DNA from: Octopus sinensis
Taxonomy: Eukaryota
DNA: 64,000 nucleotides
Direction of reading: 5' to 3'
NCBI RefSeq assembly: GCF_006345805.1
Contig: NC_043020.1
Location: 23,994,001 to 24,058,000 of the forward strand
Positions 40,356 through 53,966 of this stretch are shown piece after piece (the stretch's first letter is position 1; each line of letters starts with the position of its first letter). The translations under genes and the position numbers were made by a program. The notes beneath the pieces were generated by a model. It was not told the DNA's origin, did not search any database, and saw only the letters and a program-made list of their open reading frames with translations.

Positions 40356-41234
40356 CTACATACATATATAAAGATAACTCCTCATTCGTAAGTGTACTTA
40401 TAAATACAAACACACGCTCGCACACACATACACACACACACTCGCGCGTACGCACACACACTCGCGCGCACGCACACACTCGCTCTCACACGCACACATA
40501 CACATTCTTTTTACGTTTTACTTGTTTTAGTCATTAGACTGTGGCCATGCTGTGGTAGCACCTCGCACAAATCAACAGCAGTAGTTATTCTATCGATTAC
40601 TTTGCCGAAACGCTATGTCATAGAGACGTACACACTCTAATACTGGTTTCCACGCCATGCTGGGAACAAATACACACACATACAAATACATATAATATAT
40701 ATATATGTGTGTGTGTGTGTATCTATATATATATATATATATATATATACAAGACGCTTCTATTAGTTTCCATCTACCAATCCACTCAGGAGGGTTTGGT
40801 TGGCCCAAGGTTATAGTAGGAGACTAGGTGCCACAAAGTGGGACTGAACCCAGTACCATGTGCTACGGAAACAAGCCCCTACCAAGCAACGGAGACTAAA
40901 ATATCTTTTAGTTGTCAGAATTTATTATAAAAACATTTAAATGAAGACATGAGGTATGAAAAGTGCAGATGGTATTTTAAAATAGATTCTAGGGCTCGAA
41001 CCATAGCCGTTGCTTATAGAATAAAGATGTACGGGATACCAGCTGGGATTGTGAAGCAATCTTTACATCATATCAGAACGTATTTGTGCCTGTGTAGGCT
41101 AATGGAGATTAGTTCAGATTTTATATTACAGTGTTGATCGGCTATGGAGCAGAACGAGTTTTCTCTGCAGTAGTTGTTATTCTTATCGTATAGTTTAGCC
41201 ATTTGACACGATCCGTTATGGTTATTATGACTGT

Positions 41235-41660
41235 GAGGCGGGCAAACTGGCAGAATCGTTAATACGTCTGATAAAAATCCTTAGCAGCATTTCGTCCTTC
41301 TTCACGTTCTGAATTCAAATGCCGCCAACTTTGTCTTTCATCCTTTCGCGGTCGACTAAATTATTAACAGTCAAGCACTGGAGTCGATGTAATCGACTAA
41401 TCTCATTCCTCGAAATTGCTGGCCTTGAGCCAAGATTTGAAATCACTAATATGGCCGGCGAGCTGGCAGAATTGTTAGCATACCAGACAAAATACTTGAC
41501 GGGATTTACTTGGTCATTACATTTTGAGTTCAACTTCCGGCGAGGTCGACTTTGCCTGCCATCCTTTCGGGTTCGATAAATTACGTACCAGTGAAACACT
41601 GGGGTCGATGTAATCGACAAGCCCCTCACGCCAAATATCAGGCCTTGTTTCGCAAACTAA
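41235..41660 (+). mobile_element. Two tandem family A SINE copies
   Basis: ctggcagaatcgtta (41266) and gagctggcagaattgtta (41460) heads, each with the central domain. Confidence 0.8.
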
Positions 41661-41896
41661 ATTTAAATATATGTGAGCATGTCTAGGTATGTCACTATAT
41701 GCATGAGAATGCATACAAAAAATATACGGATCTGCACATGCATACATACATACCCTGTTGTTGAAATTCCAATGAAGGAGCCTTGGATGTAGGTAAGAAA
41801 CCGGTTCTTCATTGACAAGAAATCTTGAAATAAACTGAATGACATAGATATACATATATGTGAGCGTGTGTGTATGTACATATGCATATATATATT

Positions 41897-42085
41897 TCTG
41901 CACACATTTTTTTCTCTTCTTGTTTCTCTCCGTGTTTCTTTTCTGTGTATCTTTCTGTTGAAGAGCGTAGGCTCGAAACGTAAAAGACTTGTTTTATTTA
42001 TATTCCTGAGCGCCATACTAATACAATTGTTTGTTTGTACTCCACCTGCCTTCGTCTTTTGCTTATTTTCATAAAGCTTCTCGTT
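41897..42085 (+). mobile_element. (TA)n-bounded short element carrying a minimal hammerhead variant
   Basis: Homologous to 5731-5922 and 56055-56225. Confidence 0.65.
41950..41987 (+). ncRNA. Minimal type I hammerhead-like motif, A6U core variant
   Basis: tcttt-CTGTTGA-a-GAGC gtag GCTC-GAAA-CG-T-A-aaaga; stem I 5 bp, stem II 4 bp, palindromic ACGT stem III. Confidence 0.55.
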
Positions 42086-42093
42086 AATATATA

Positions 42094-42130
<37 letters not shown>

Positions 42131-42377
42131 CATATATTTTTCTTTTATTTGTTTCAGTCATTTGACTGTGGGCATGCTGGAGCACCGCCTTTAGTCGAAC
42201 AAATCAACTCTAGGACTTATTCTTTGTAAGCCTAGTACATATTTTATCGGTCTCGTTTGCAGAACCGCTAGGTTACAGGGACGTAAAAACACCAGCATCG
42301 GTTGTCTTGTGATGGTGGGAGGACAAACACACACAAACACATACGCACCTACATATATATATGTGTGCGTATGTGTA

Positions 42378-42604
42378 GGGCGGCGAGCTGGCAGAAACGT
42401 TAGCACGCCGGGTGGAAGGCTTAGCGGTATTTCGTCTATCGTTACGTTCTGAGTTCAAATTCCGCCGAGGTCGACTTTGCCTTTCATCCTTTCGGGGTCG
42501 ATAAATAAAGTACCAGTTTCGCACGATGTAATCGACTTAATCCGTTTGTCTGTCCTTGTTTGTCCCCTCTATACTTAGCCCCTTGTGGGCAGTAAAGAAA
42601 AGAA

Positions 42605-42605
<1 letters not shown>
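42378..42605 (+). mobile_element. tRNA-derived SINE family A, young copy
   Basis: Closely similar to 57646-57873. Confidence 0.9.
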
Positions 42606-42674
<69 letters not shown>

Positions 42675-42676
<2 letters not shown>

Positions 42677-42830
42677 GACGGGCTTCTTCCAGTTTCCGTC
42701 TACGAAATCCGCTCACGAGGCTTTGGCTAGTGTGAGGCTATAGTAGAAGACACTTGCCCAAGGTGCTCCGCAGTGGGACTGAAGCTAGAACCATGTGATT
42801 AGGAAGTAGGCTTCTTACCACACAGCCTCG
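42675..42830 (-). mobile_element. CORE-type SINE family B head
   Basis: gaagacacttgcccaaggtgctccgcagtgggactgaa. Confidence 0.85.
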
Positions 42831-42874
42831 CCTGATATACACACACTCACACATACACACACACACACACAACC

Positions 42875-42930
<56 letters not shown>

Positions 42931-43663
42931 ATATATATACATATATGTATATATATGTCTACATACACTCACAACACACATGTATACATATATATATTAT
43001 ATATACTGTACGTTTGTGTATATTAGTGTGTATGTGTGTGTATGTTGAAAATAAAAATGGAAGGTTAAAAAGAAAGTCTGGGAAGAGGACAGATGGCTTG
43101 AGGGGGCGTAAGAGGATCGAACGCTTCGATGATTTACGTATGGAAACCCAGAAGCATAATAAGATAATAACTCACCGCGCCAGAATAATAACTCTCCTAA
43201 ATTTATTTTATGGAATTGAAATTGTGAATATTTAGTTTTGAAAATAAATTCCTTGTCTTTTTAACCTTCTCAGATATTCTAATTAGTAAAAAGCTCATTA
43301 GCAGTGTGATTTGCATATATTTAGTCGAATTAACCAAGTTGTATGTTGAATAATTAAACAACGAATAGAAAAAAATAACTTTGAAACTATTTCAGCAAGA
43401 ATTTCGCAACAATCGATGTCTTTTGTCTGCGAGATTACATTTAAAAAAAAATTTACCTGAGGAAAAAAAAAACATAAATAAAAGCATAAAAATTATATAT
43501 GAAAGGAACAACGATAAAATTCGACGAATTTTTTTTTTCAGCTTCTTACGTGTGTATCGACACTTTAATCATCATCATCATCATCCTCATCATTATCTCA
43601 TCATTATCCTCATCTTCATTACACCCACCATCATCATCATCATCAGTAGTAGTTGTAGAATGG

Positions 43664-43795
<132 letters not shown>

Positions 43796-44299
43796 GAGTG
43801 AGAGAGCAGTTCATGCCATCAAATTGACACTGGGGTAAAATATACGAAGCCCAGTATACCCATCATGACTACCCGTATGATAAGGATACACCAGGCACAT
43901 GCATCACAACCATATGTGCGCGATATGGTGATCTCATATCAAGATAAACAGCACATGACCTTGCAGGTGGGGCCCAGTTAGAATTTTCTTCAGGTTGAGT
44001 AGCCCATCCCGCTCAAACGGTCCCTGAATAAGGGTTGTTTAAGGATGTTGAAAGAACCACCCTGTTTCCAGAGGTGAACTATTCAAACCCTAAAGAATCC
44101 CTCTCAACACATGGCTATGATGCTCCCCCACTACTTCTGCTCGTGATCAGAGATGCACATATCGTCAGCCACTAGGGACATGCTCAACTGGTTAAGGTCA
44201 AACAACTGACAAGCAAATCTGTGGTATTGAGCAGAATATTTGCTGTAGCCCATCTTTTATACCAAGACAAAACAATGTACATGATAACACTTCCAATCA

Positions 44300-44303
<4 letters not shown>
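43796..44303. mobile_element. ~557-bp non-coding TAA-embedded element, copy 1 (one end lacks ~48 bp)
   Basis: Highly similar to 47365-47921; (TTA)n on both sides. Confidence 0.8.
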
Positions 44304-44368
<65 letters not shown>

Positions 44369-44371
<3 letters not shown>

Positions 44372-45478
44372 TAGTTTTATTTTTATAGCGTGCTTTCACT
44401 TCACTACCGAGCGCAGCTCTGAGTGCCTTGAGTATGTGCTGTGATTTGTTGTGATGCTCTGATGGTTATTGTATGGAAAGTGTTCTGCGTAGGATGTGTG
44501 CAGTGCCTAGTAGTGCAATTTTCTGTATGTTATATGTGTTTGTAAGTCCTGGTGTTTTTGTTAAGTATTTGTCTGGATATTTTTTTATCATGCCTAATGC
44601 ACCTACTATGATAGGAATTGTTTCTGTTTTCAGGTTCCACATTCTAGTTATCTCTATTTCCAGGTCTTTGTATTTTGAGAGTTTCTCCATTTCTTTTAGA
44701 GACACGTTGTCATCTGCCGGTATTGATACATCAATTAGAAAGCATTTTTTTTCTTCATGATCTCTGACAACTATATCTGGTCTGTTGGCCTTAATTTCTC
44801 TATCTGTGTGTATCGGCATATCCCAGAGTATGGTTGCTTTCTCGTTTTCTGTGACCTTTTCTGGTGTGTGGCCTATACCATCTTTTTTCTGTTGTTATTC
44901 CATAATGTTGGCATAGCTTCCAATGTATGTAGGTTCCAACTCTGTCATGTCTGTGAAATATTTCCTCTTAGCCAGGATGGGCAGCTAGAGAATAATATGA
45001 TTTATTGTTTCTTTCCATCTCCACATATTCTGCAGCTACTTGTAATATTTCTTTTCATTACATGTTTTTGGTAATTTCTGGTGGGGAGGCTTTGGTCTTG
45101 TGCTGCAATTAAAAATCCCTCTGTTTCTGCTTTGAGTCGAGCTTCTCAACCATTGCTGGGATTTTTCTTTGTCTATTTCTTTTGCGTTTAGTTTAGTGCA
45201 GTATTTACCATGAAGGGGCTTTTCTTGCCATCGTTTTATCATGGCTCGTTGCTGTTCTATTTTTAGTTTGGATTTCATTTGGTTTATAGCTTTTGTTGTT
45301 TCTTCATCATCTTCTTCTTCTTCTTTGTGTTTATTAGGTGGTATGATTTCTTGTTTGTATTTGTCAGCTTCCTTAAATACTGAGAACAGTTTTTTGTTTT
45401 GCTCGTGTTTTGCTGCTATCTGGATCAGTTTTCCTTCCTTCTGAAGTAGGTATTTTTGCAGTCCTATTTTTGCAGTCC

Positions 45479-45479
<1 letters not shown>
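44369..45479 (-). mobile_element. 5'-truncated RLE-type (R4/Dong-like) LINE, frameshifted
   Basis: KRWQEKPLHGKY..SQQWLRSS, CRIC..H..C knuckle remnant, then ORF 44466-44819 RPDIVVRD..FLIDVSIP..EKLSKYKDL..IIVGALG..LLGTAHILRRTL; (TTA)n on both flanks. Confidence 0.92.
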
Positions 45480-45565
<86 letters not shown>

Positions 45566-45585
45566 GTGTTATTGTTATTATTATT

Positions 45586-45748
45586 AAGACGGCGAGCTGT
45601 TCTGAGTTCAGATTTCTCCGAAGTTGACTTTGCCTTTCATCCTTTCGTGGTCGATTAATTAAGTACCAGTAAAACACTGGTGTCGATGTAATCGATTATC
45701 CCTCTCCCCAAAATTTCGGGCCTTGTGGCTATAGTAGAAAGGATTATT

Positions 45749-45779
<31 letters not shown>

Positions 45780-45780
45780 A

Positions 45781-45821
<41 letters not shown>

Positions 45822-45835
45822 TATTATTATTATTG
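45586..45835 (+). mobile_element. Family A SINE (internally deleted) with ATT/GTT tail
   Basis: ggcggcgagct-like head joined directly to gttctgagttca, central domain, gaaaggattatt tail. Confidence 0.75.
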
Positions 45836-45929
45836 TAGTATAGATTACTGTATCTAGTGGTAATACAAACTAATTTTTTCAAAACCATAATTATTTTTAG
45901 TCTCTGCTCAATCTCACAGCCTATTTTGC

Positions 45930-46600
45930 TGGATATAATGGAAGGTGTCAGCTGTCCACAGACAGCAGACTAAGATAACACTTGTTTACTGGTCATGCTT
46001 CATGAACCCTGCAGACAACTCATGCAGTTCCATGCAATGATGATTTTTGTAGGTGTTCTATCATCCCATTTGTACCAATCTTTTTCAGCCACGTTGGTAG
46101 TTGAATGCTGATACTTCCAAGTGCACCAATCACTATTGGTACCATGTCTACTCTCTTCATTGCTCACAACTTTCGTATTTCCCACTTCAGTTCATTCCTT
46201 CTTCGATCCTGTAGTCACAGGGACATGCAATGTCAATTATCAGGCATGTTTTTTTTTTTTACTTTTCTGTTCACCGCAACAATATCGGGTTTCCAGCCTC
46301 TAATCGGATGGTCACACTGAATCATTGCATCCCACAGGATTTTGCAATCCTCATTCTCAGTAACCCCTTCTGGGATTTGGTTATTCCACATATTTGATCT
46401 CTCTAGGCCACAAAGCTCTCAATGGGTCATTTTTTCCACATTGTGATGCCGTCTTTTGTGTTTGCATGGTGCCCACTTCGGGCATTCATTAAGAACGCAC
46501 CACACTCTTTCACTCCATTTCACCTCAAATTCTGTGTTTGTCGCTCTCACTTGTTTTATCAATTCTGCACTTCACCTAGATTGTCCTCAATGGTTGTTCT
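45930..46600 (-). mobile_element. RLE-type LINE 3' fragment, third subfamily, heavily decayed
   Basis: ECPK..KRRHHNV..PEGVTENEDCKILWD..IQCDHPIRGWKPDIVAVN..VPIVIGALGS..HLQKSSLHGTA. Confidence 0.8.
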
Positions 46601-46808
46601 GGCAGCTGACTATCGTTAGCACACCTAGTAGAATGCTGAGCGGCATTTCATCTGCCTTTACCATCTGGGCTCAAAGTCTGACGGAGTTGATTTTAAATTT
46701 TATCCTTTAGGGGGTCGATAAAATAAATGCTACCTGAGCACTGATGTCAATATAATCGACTAGTAGCCTTCCTGCAATAACTTCTAGATCTGTACCTAAA
46801 TTTCAAAC

Positions 46809-46850
<42 letters not shown>

Positions 46851-47201
46851 GTTCTTTCAAGTTAATTTCCATTTCTTGCGGAGTGTCTTCCAGACACCTA
46901 GGGCAAAAACTCCTTGTATACATGAGTAGACCATTAAAATAAAAACACCATTTACAAAGTCATGTGGTAGAAAAAAGAGGGAGAGAAAGAAAAAGGAAAG
47001 AAAAAATGGGAAAAAATATAAAAAACAAAGACAAAATAAAAGGGAAAAAAGGAGAGAAAATTCAAAACGACAACGCTCTTCTCAACACGTGACACGTACC
47101 ACATAAAACAATCTTTTTTCTGCTTCTTGCATGGATGGCAAGCATGGCATCATCCTGAAATAATTTTCAGTTCCTTTTTTGGGTCATTTCAAGTGCTCCT
47201 A

Positions 47202-47351
47202 TTCTTCTTCTTCTTCTTCTTCTTCTTCTTCTTCTTCTTCTTCTTCTTCTTCTTCTTCTTCTTCTTCTTCTTCTTCTTCTTCTTCTTCTTCTTCTTCTTC
47301 TTCTTCTTCTTCTTCTTCTTCTTCTTCTTCTTCTTCTTCTTCTTCCTCTTC
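47202..47351. repeat. (TTC)n microsatellite
   Basis: Direct inspection. Confidence 0.95.
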
Positions 47352-47364
47352 TATTATTATTATT

Positions 47365-47917
47365 GAGTGAGAGAGCAGTTCATGCCATCAAAGTGACACT
47401 GGGGTAAAATATACGAAGCCCAGTATATCCATCATGACTACCCGTCTGATAAGGGTACACCAGGCACATGCATCACAACCATATGTGCGTGACATGGTGA
47501 TCTCATATCAAGGTAAACAGCGCATGAACTTGCAGGTGGGGCCCAGTTAGAATTTTCTTCAGGTCGAGTAGCCCATCCCGCTCAAAAGGTCCCTGAATAA
47601 GGGTTGTTAAGGATGTTGAAAGAAGAACCACCTATGTTCCAGAGGTGAATTATTCAAACCCCAAGAATCCCTTCAACACATGGCTATGATGCTCCCGTAC
47701 TACTTCTGCTCGTGATCAGAGATGCACATATCGTCAGCCACTAAGGGACATGCTCAACTGGTTACGGTCAAACAAGTGACAAGCAAATCTGTGTTATTGA
47801 GCAGAATATTTGCTGTAGCCCATCTTTTATACCAAGACAAAACAATGTACATGATGACACTTCCAATCAGTTAAGATCAGAAGCCATGAGAGCCACTGCC
47901 TGGTACTGCATCAGGGC

Positions 47918-47921
<4 letters not shown>
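47365..47921. mobile_element. ~557-bp non-coding TAA-embedded element, full copy
   Basis: Ends gagtgagagagcag.. and ..cctggtactgcatcagggcattt; TTA on both sides. Confidence 0.8.
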
Positions 47922-47987
<66 letters not shown>

Positions 47988-49298
47988 TCTCTTTATCACA
48001 AGTTTTGTTGGAGCCCCTGGAGTCATACATGCGTAGGGGGCTTGGTACCTGCAGCTTACGGTACCATGCTATTTGTTCTTTTCACCTACCTAATACTTTC
48101 CAGATTATTCTGGCCGTGCCAAGGAGACAAACCTTTTGTAACAGTTCTACTGGGCACTCTATTCCAATTTTCTTTATATTTATTCCCTTTGATGTCTTCT
48201 GATACTGTTCTCAAACCCCAACAATGATAGGCATTATTTTCACCTTTATTTTCCAGAGCCGGGCTATTCCGTACTTATTTCGTATCTATCTATTTTTTCG
48301 CTTGCCTTCTTGACTATTCATAGGTCAAAGGGGCATGCAACATCAAGTACATAGCATATGTGGTTCAGCTTGTCCACTACCACTAGGTCTGGTCTGTTAT
48401 GCATTACAACCTGATCTGTTTGGACTGGAAAATCCCAGAGGAATTTGCTAGTCCCTGACTCCGCCACTCTCTTCGGAGTCATGCTCATACCACGTCTTGC
48501 CTCTTAGCCCCAACTTTCCGCACAGTTTCCAGTGTAGCACTTTCGCTACTTGATCGTGTCGCCACAACTTGTAGTGGTTTGGGGCAAGTCTAGTGTATTC
48601 GTTCTTGATGTGGGCAATTGTTTCATCCAATCATGCGGCACAGCGGAGACACTTGCTCATTCCTAAGGCTAGCCTTCCAATTCAGGTCCAAAGCTTGGTC
48701 TTGTACTGCCGCTATAGTGCTCTCGGTCACTTTTTTTTAGAGTTCCCTTCATCATCCAATCCCACCCACATTTTTCCAGAAACTTCTGATGTGGTTCTTG
48801 CGTAATTCTTCTTCATGTCCCCTTTTGTACTTCTTCCTTCGTTTTTCCTTTTCTCTCCGCTCTCAAAGCTCCTCCGTTCCTAACTGTCAGTAGCAAGGTT
48901 TCCTTACTTTGGGCTAGGTATCTCATTAACCCATTAAGCTCTCGTGTCCGATACGCACGCAGTCTTCCACACTTATCAGTCCCCTTCCTCCATTTGCTCT
49001 CTTCATGTTTAAGCGATCAGTGTCCATACGTGGATGATGGTCTCCATGCATCGTTAGAAGCTTTCCTGTTTTCCTGTCCATCTCCTTAAGTTCCTCCTCA
49101 GTCTACTTCAGGATTCCAGCTCCATACCAAACAACTGCGACTGTGGGCGAGTCATTTTTCTTTGAAGCCAATATTTTTCTCATTCGTTGCAGATACCCTC
49201 TTTCTTTTCCTTCATATCATTGTGTTTAATTCCATCTGCCTCGTGTATTTCCAGGTATTTACAGTTTCATTGAGGTTGAATTGCCTTCATCATATCAC

Positions 49299-49299
<1 letters not shown>
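47988..49299 (-). mobile_element. 5'-truncated RLE-type LINE (RT thumb to endonuclease), decayed
   Basis: CKYLEIHEADGIKH, VVWYGAGI..EELKEMDRKT.KLLTMHGDHHPR.DTDRL..GGRGLISVEDCV, QDQAL, RHDQVAKVLHWKLC, RPDLVVVDK, LLQKVCLLGTARII; (TTA)n on both flanks. Confidence 0.88.
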
Positions 49300-49336
<37 letters not shown>

Positions 49337-50288
49337 TATTATTATTATTATTATTATTATTTGCTGCAGACACTGTGTAAGTCTTGTTCATATTCATTGT
49401 TTTCACACGTCTCGTGTCTTGTTCTGCATAAAAATTTTGTTTACAATTTGTTATTAAGAACACCAGGAATCTTCTGACTGGTACTCAGTGGTCAGGGCAC
49501 ACAAGGAGGAAATAGTTTGCCTTCTAGAAAAACGCTCTGTATTAACAATTCCCATTATGGGAGTATCGTGTGAGGAGAATCGCCTTTGCCTCCCCCCCCA
49601 CAAATGAAATGTTTTCTCCTCTTCCGTTACTCACTTCACTAAATTACAATAAACAGCAAGAAGAGATCGGTAACGGTGGCTGCGTTAACCACAACATGAA
49701 TATTGTTTAAGTCTTGTTGTTAATTGTTTTTGTGACATTGTTTACACGTATTTTTGCGTTAAGTCCCACTTGACCCCTGTTTTTGTATTGATCTTTTGTT
49801 ATTTTTTATCGGCCTCCGTGGCCAATAAAGAAGAGATTATTAATTATTTTTATACTTATTATTAATATTGTATTTTGGTTTTGTTATTTCGCATTAAATA
49901 ATAGTAATAATATTTATATACCTTTTACGATTTCATTCACTGGAAGCGGTAGTTCTGCAGCACAACTTTCCGGGGTGTCATACACACACACTCACACACA
50001 CACACACAGCCACACATATATAAATAATATATGTGTATATATATTTATATATATATATATATATATATATGCATATATACATACATATATGTACCTATAT
50101 ACATATGTATGTAGAAAGGTATGCATATATGGGTATAGGACGTCACAAAACGTAAACAACATGCAATACGAAAATAAAGTTGGGTACTCAAAGAACGAGA
50201 GAAAACAAGACAAGTTACATAAAAACTACCCTTCATCAGTTGTCGGCTGTCCTTCTACTCCTTATTTAGAGCAATATATATATATATA

Positions 50289-50579
50289 TTATGCGCCCTT
50301 TTCAAGCCTAGCCAGGCTCATGGGCCCAGTTTCCCGGTTTCTATGGCGTATGTGCCCCGCCCCCACCAGCTGGACGGGACGCCAGTCCATCGCAGCGTTA
50401 CTCAAGAAACAGGAAGAAAGAGAGAGAAAGTTGGGGCGAAAGAATACAGCAGCGGTTGCCCCCACTGCCGAAGCCTTGTGGAGCTTTTAGGTGTTTTCAC
50501 ACAGCGCCCGGTCTGGGAATCGAAATCGCGATCCCGCTCGCGAGTCCGCTGCTCTAACCACTGGGCCATTGCGCCTCCA
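50289..50579 (-). mobile_element. tRNA-derived SINE with V-SINE-like 3' motif
   Basis: Minus strand tggaggcgcaatggcccagtggttagagcagcgg..ttcgattccc..ctgcgatggactggcgtcccgtccag..gaaaccggg. Confidence 0.75.
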
Positions 50580-51671
50580 CACACACACAATATGAGAAGT
50601 AGAAGAAGAAGAAAAAGGAGGAAGAGGAAACATTACAGCAAGTACTCTTCATATGCTCAATTAATCGAATTTACCGTTTTAGCTACCAAAGCTTGGTAGT
50701 CTTGCTATAAACCTCCATCCTGTCTTAGAAAATGACAATGTGAAGATACTGTGTAGAGCTCTAGAGCCTAGACAGGCCAATAGTTATTATATTATAGGCC
50801 TGACATCGCTTTGTGTGACAAACATGACAAACACTCTCATTAATCGATATAATGATATATGTTATTATGTTGGGTAGACGTTACTTGAAAAGCTAAAAAA
50901 ATGATTTATTCCGACATCGCTGTTGAATTGAAAAAAATGTAACCGTCGTTTTAGTCAAGATGATTCCGGCCATGCTGGGGCAACGCCTTGAATGGTTTTT
51001 GTCGAACCGATCAATTCCAGTATTTCATTTTTTAAATAAAATCTCTGGCGCTATTTCGATTGGTCTACGTTGCTGAAGCTAAGTCACTAGGGATGTAAGC
51101 AAACCAACTCCGGTTGTCAAGCATGAACGCAAACACACACACGTACATACAGTAGCTGTTATTCATTTTGCTGTTTAGCCTCGCTTCGTCCTCGATCGAG
51201 CAAACGTGATCAAAGGCTTTCCACCCACGACAATCCTGTCTCTCTAAGATTATCTCAAAGCACAAAATATACATATAGAAGCAGGCATACCTCAGTGCTT
51301 CAGAACTTCACTTCACAATATCTTTTACCGTGAGTTCAAGTCGCCCTGATGCTAATAAGAGAAATTAGAGAGACGGAAACTAGACGGAAGCTTGTTGTAG
51401 GGATTGCATCAGTTATTCAAAAGACCAGCGTCGTTTCTTGTATCATGCTGAGTTACATTATAAGTACACACTCTTTCGATATACTCAGCCACTTACGCGC
51501 AATACAACGCTTACTTGATTGAGCAATTGACTGCTCATCGTCGATTCCGGCGGAAAAACCATCATCTACGAATACATCATGCCGCATGTGATTCCTCTTT
51601 TCAAATGCGGTATCGTTGCATGTTATGAAGATTCGGCTGCTATTTCTAGCAAATATAATGACTACCTAAAT

Positions 51672-51879
51672 CAGTGGTTGTCAACAATTTTAATATCCGG
51701 GCCACATCGAAACCCTAAACTTCTTTTAGGGAACCGCACCAAGATTATTTGGTTGCATCAATTCAAAGAGAAATCAATTGCAGAAATAATTCTATTTTTA
51801 AAGGGAAGACCGTCGGGAGTCAGTGGGAGAAAGCTTGAGGGCAACATGCGGCCCTGGGAGCTGTAGTCGAGAACCGCTC
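51672..51879. mobile_element. Old hAT-type MITE
   Basis: Degenerate TIRs cagtggttgtcaac / gtcgagaaccgctc with internal gggccac..gcggccc; no clear TSD. Confidence 0.5.
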
Positions 51880-52089
51880 TCTCTGAGGCTCTTTCAAAGG
51901 CTCTTGAGAATTCTCATTGTAGTGTGAGGTAGTGCAGGTTGGTGTAGTGTTCTATTGCATAGTGTGCAGTGAAATGTGCAGGAAGTGTGTTGTGCATGTT
52001 GTGAAGTGCATGTTAGTGCGATATGAATGTTTGATTTATTTCTAATAATATATTTCACGGTTTGGAAAATCAATCAATTGTGAACAATT

Positions 52090-52870
52090 TCAAAGGCAGA
52101 AGAAGGAAGTGCACACACACACGTATACACATACACACACACACTTATACACATACGCACACACGCGCGCTCACATACACACACACGCGCGCTCACATAC
52201 ACACACACGCACAAACATTTATACACATACGCACACACGGGCGCTCACATACACACACATGCACACTCACACATACGCGCGCACACACAAACACACATCT
52301 AAACAGTCACATCAAAACACACATTCTAACACATACACACAAGCAAATTTACCGTAACACACACTTCTTTCGTAACACACGCACACACACATACATCCAA
52401 GCATGCGCATATACATAATCACACGCACACACACGCACACACACACGACACACGTACACCCTCCTACACACGCAAACACACGCAAATATACTCGTATAAA
52501 CCTATCTCTCTCACACACACACACACAGACGAACGTAGCACGCACCTTAACGTATACACACCACACGCACACACACCCACAAAAAACGTGAGCACACCAT
52601 CAACTTACACAGACATGCACAAACACTCACACGTATACACACAAACCGAAACACACACGCAAACACACTCGAACACCGCCACCACCATCAACTTACACGT
52701 ACGCACATAAATGCTCACACATATACGCAATACACTGAAACACACACAAATGCACGCACACACAGACCCATATGCAAACAGAAGAACATCCTCAAGAAGC
52801 ACACACAAACATACACATACACAGACAGAAACTCAAACGCATACACGCACACACGCCTACACACGCCTAC
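52090..52870. repeat. Long degenerate (CA)n-rich tract
   Basis: Direct inspection. Confidence 0.9.
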
Positions 52871-53636
52871 ACACACGGACCCACCCAAACAGGCCACCCC
52901 CGCCTCTCCACCAAATCCATGCATCAAAAGACTGCTAGTTTATGACTCAAGGCCAGAATGTTATTCCAATATTCCAAAATTGGTTTATTAAATGCTTTTG
53001 ATCTGCTCTTTTATTATCAGCTGATTTCTTCCGTGTTTGCCTGAAGACGGTTGAAACCTCACATTTGCAGAAGCTGCTTTATAGTCAAACATCAAAATCA
53101 AAAAATAAAACCATGTTTCCCCCACCCTTTCCCTTTTAAAAACATTTTTAATATTTTTAACAGCATCTTTTACTAATCAGTGAAAATAAATTGATCGGAA
53201 GCAGCAGGTTTTTTTAACAAGGATGTGGTTATAAGTGAATCTGAAGACCCAGTTTTCGGTAACATTACAATGCTAATAAAATTGTTTAAACTTTTGGCAT
53301 AAGGAGGAGATTAGTCGAATACATTGGGTCCAGTATTTAACGGATCCCTATTTTATCCATCTCCAAGGATGAAGGGCAAACACGATTTCGGTGGCATTTG
53401 AACTCAGATGGAAAACAAGGAAAAGATATGTCGCTAAGCAATTCTTTTTCTCATAAAGGCACAAAGTTGGATGGAGGGGCAACTTGTTTGAATCGACACT
53501 AGCACTTGACAGGTACTTACTTCGTCGACCCCGAAGAGAAGGGAGATAAAGTCAATTTCAATTCAGAGGGTAATGACGAACAAAATGCTTCAAAGCATTT
53601 TGTCCGGCGTGCTAACGATTCTGCCAGCTCACCGCC

Positions 53637-53687
<51 letters not shown>

Positions 53688-53689
<2 letters not shown>

Positions 53690-53902
53690 CCTTTCTACGT
53701 AAGGCACAAGGCTTGGAATTTTGGAGGAGGGGTTAAGTCGATTAAATCAACCCAAGTACTCAACTGGTACTCGATTTATCGAGCCCGAAAGGATGAAAGG
53801 CAAAGTTGACCTCGGCGGAATTTGAACTCAGAACGTTGCGAAGGACTAAAACTGCAAGGTAGTTCGTCCAGCATGCTAACGATTCTGCTAGCTCACTGCT
53901 TT
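53688..53902 (-). mobile_element. Family A SINE with (TTA)n tail (further degraded copies at 53290-53640)
   Basis: Full head and central domain on the minus strand; tail 53640-53688. Confidence 0.88.
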
Positions 53903-53966
53903 AGTAATAACGATAACAACAAAAAAAAAACTTTAATGATGATGATGATAATAATAGTGATAATCA

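Noticed and set aside
45036-45677. 213-aa ORF as a gene
   Set aside because: Chimera of SINE sequence, poly-N from (TAA)n and a LINE fragment
47870-47921. U2 snRNA or 5S rRNA origin of the 557-bp element end
   Set aside because: Only short matches (taagatca; cctg-atgcagtac-cagg resembling U2 stem-loop IV); too little to support
50500-50579. tRNA gene (also other SINE heads)
   Set aside because: A/B-box-like motifs continue into SINE bodies, with no complete cloverleaf or acceptor stem
53041-53058. CTGAAGAcggttGAAAC as a hammerhead
   Set aside because: No stem II and no NUH site in register
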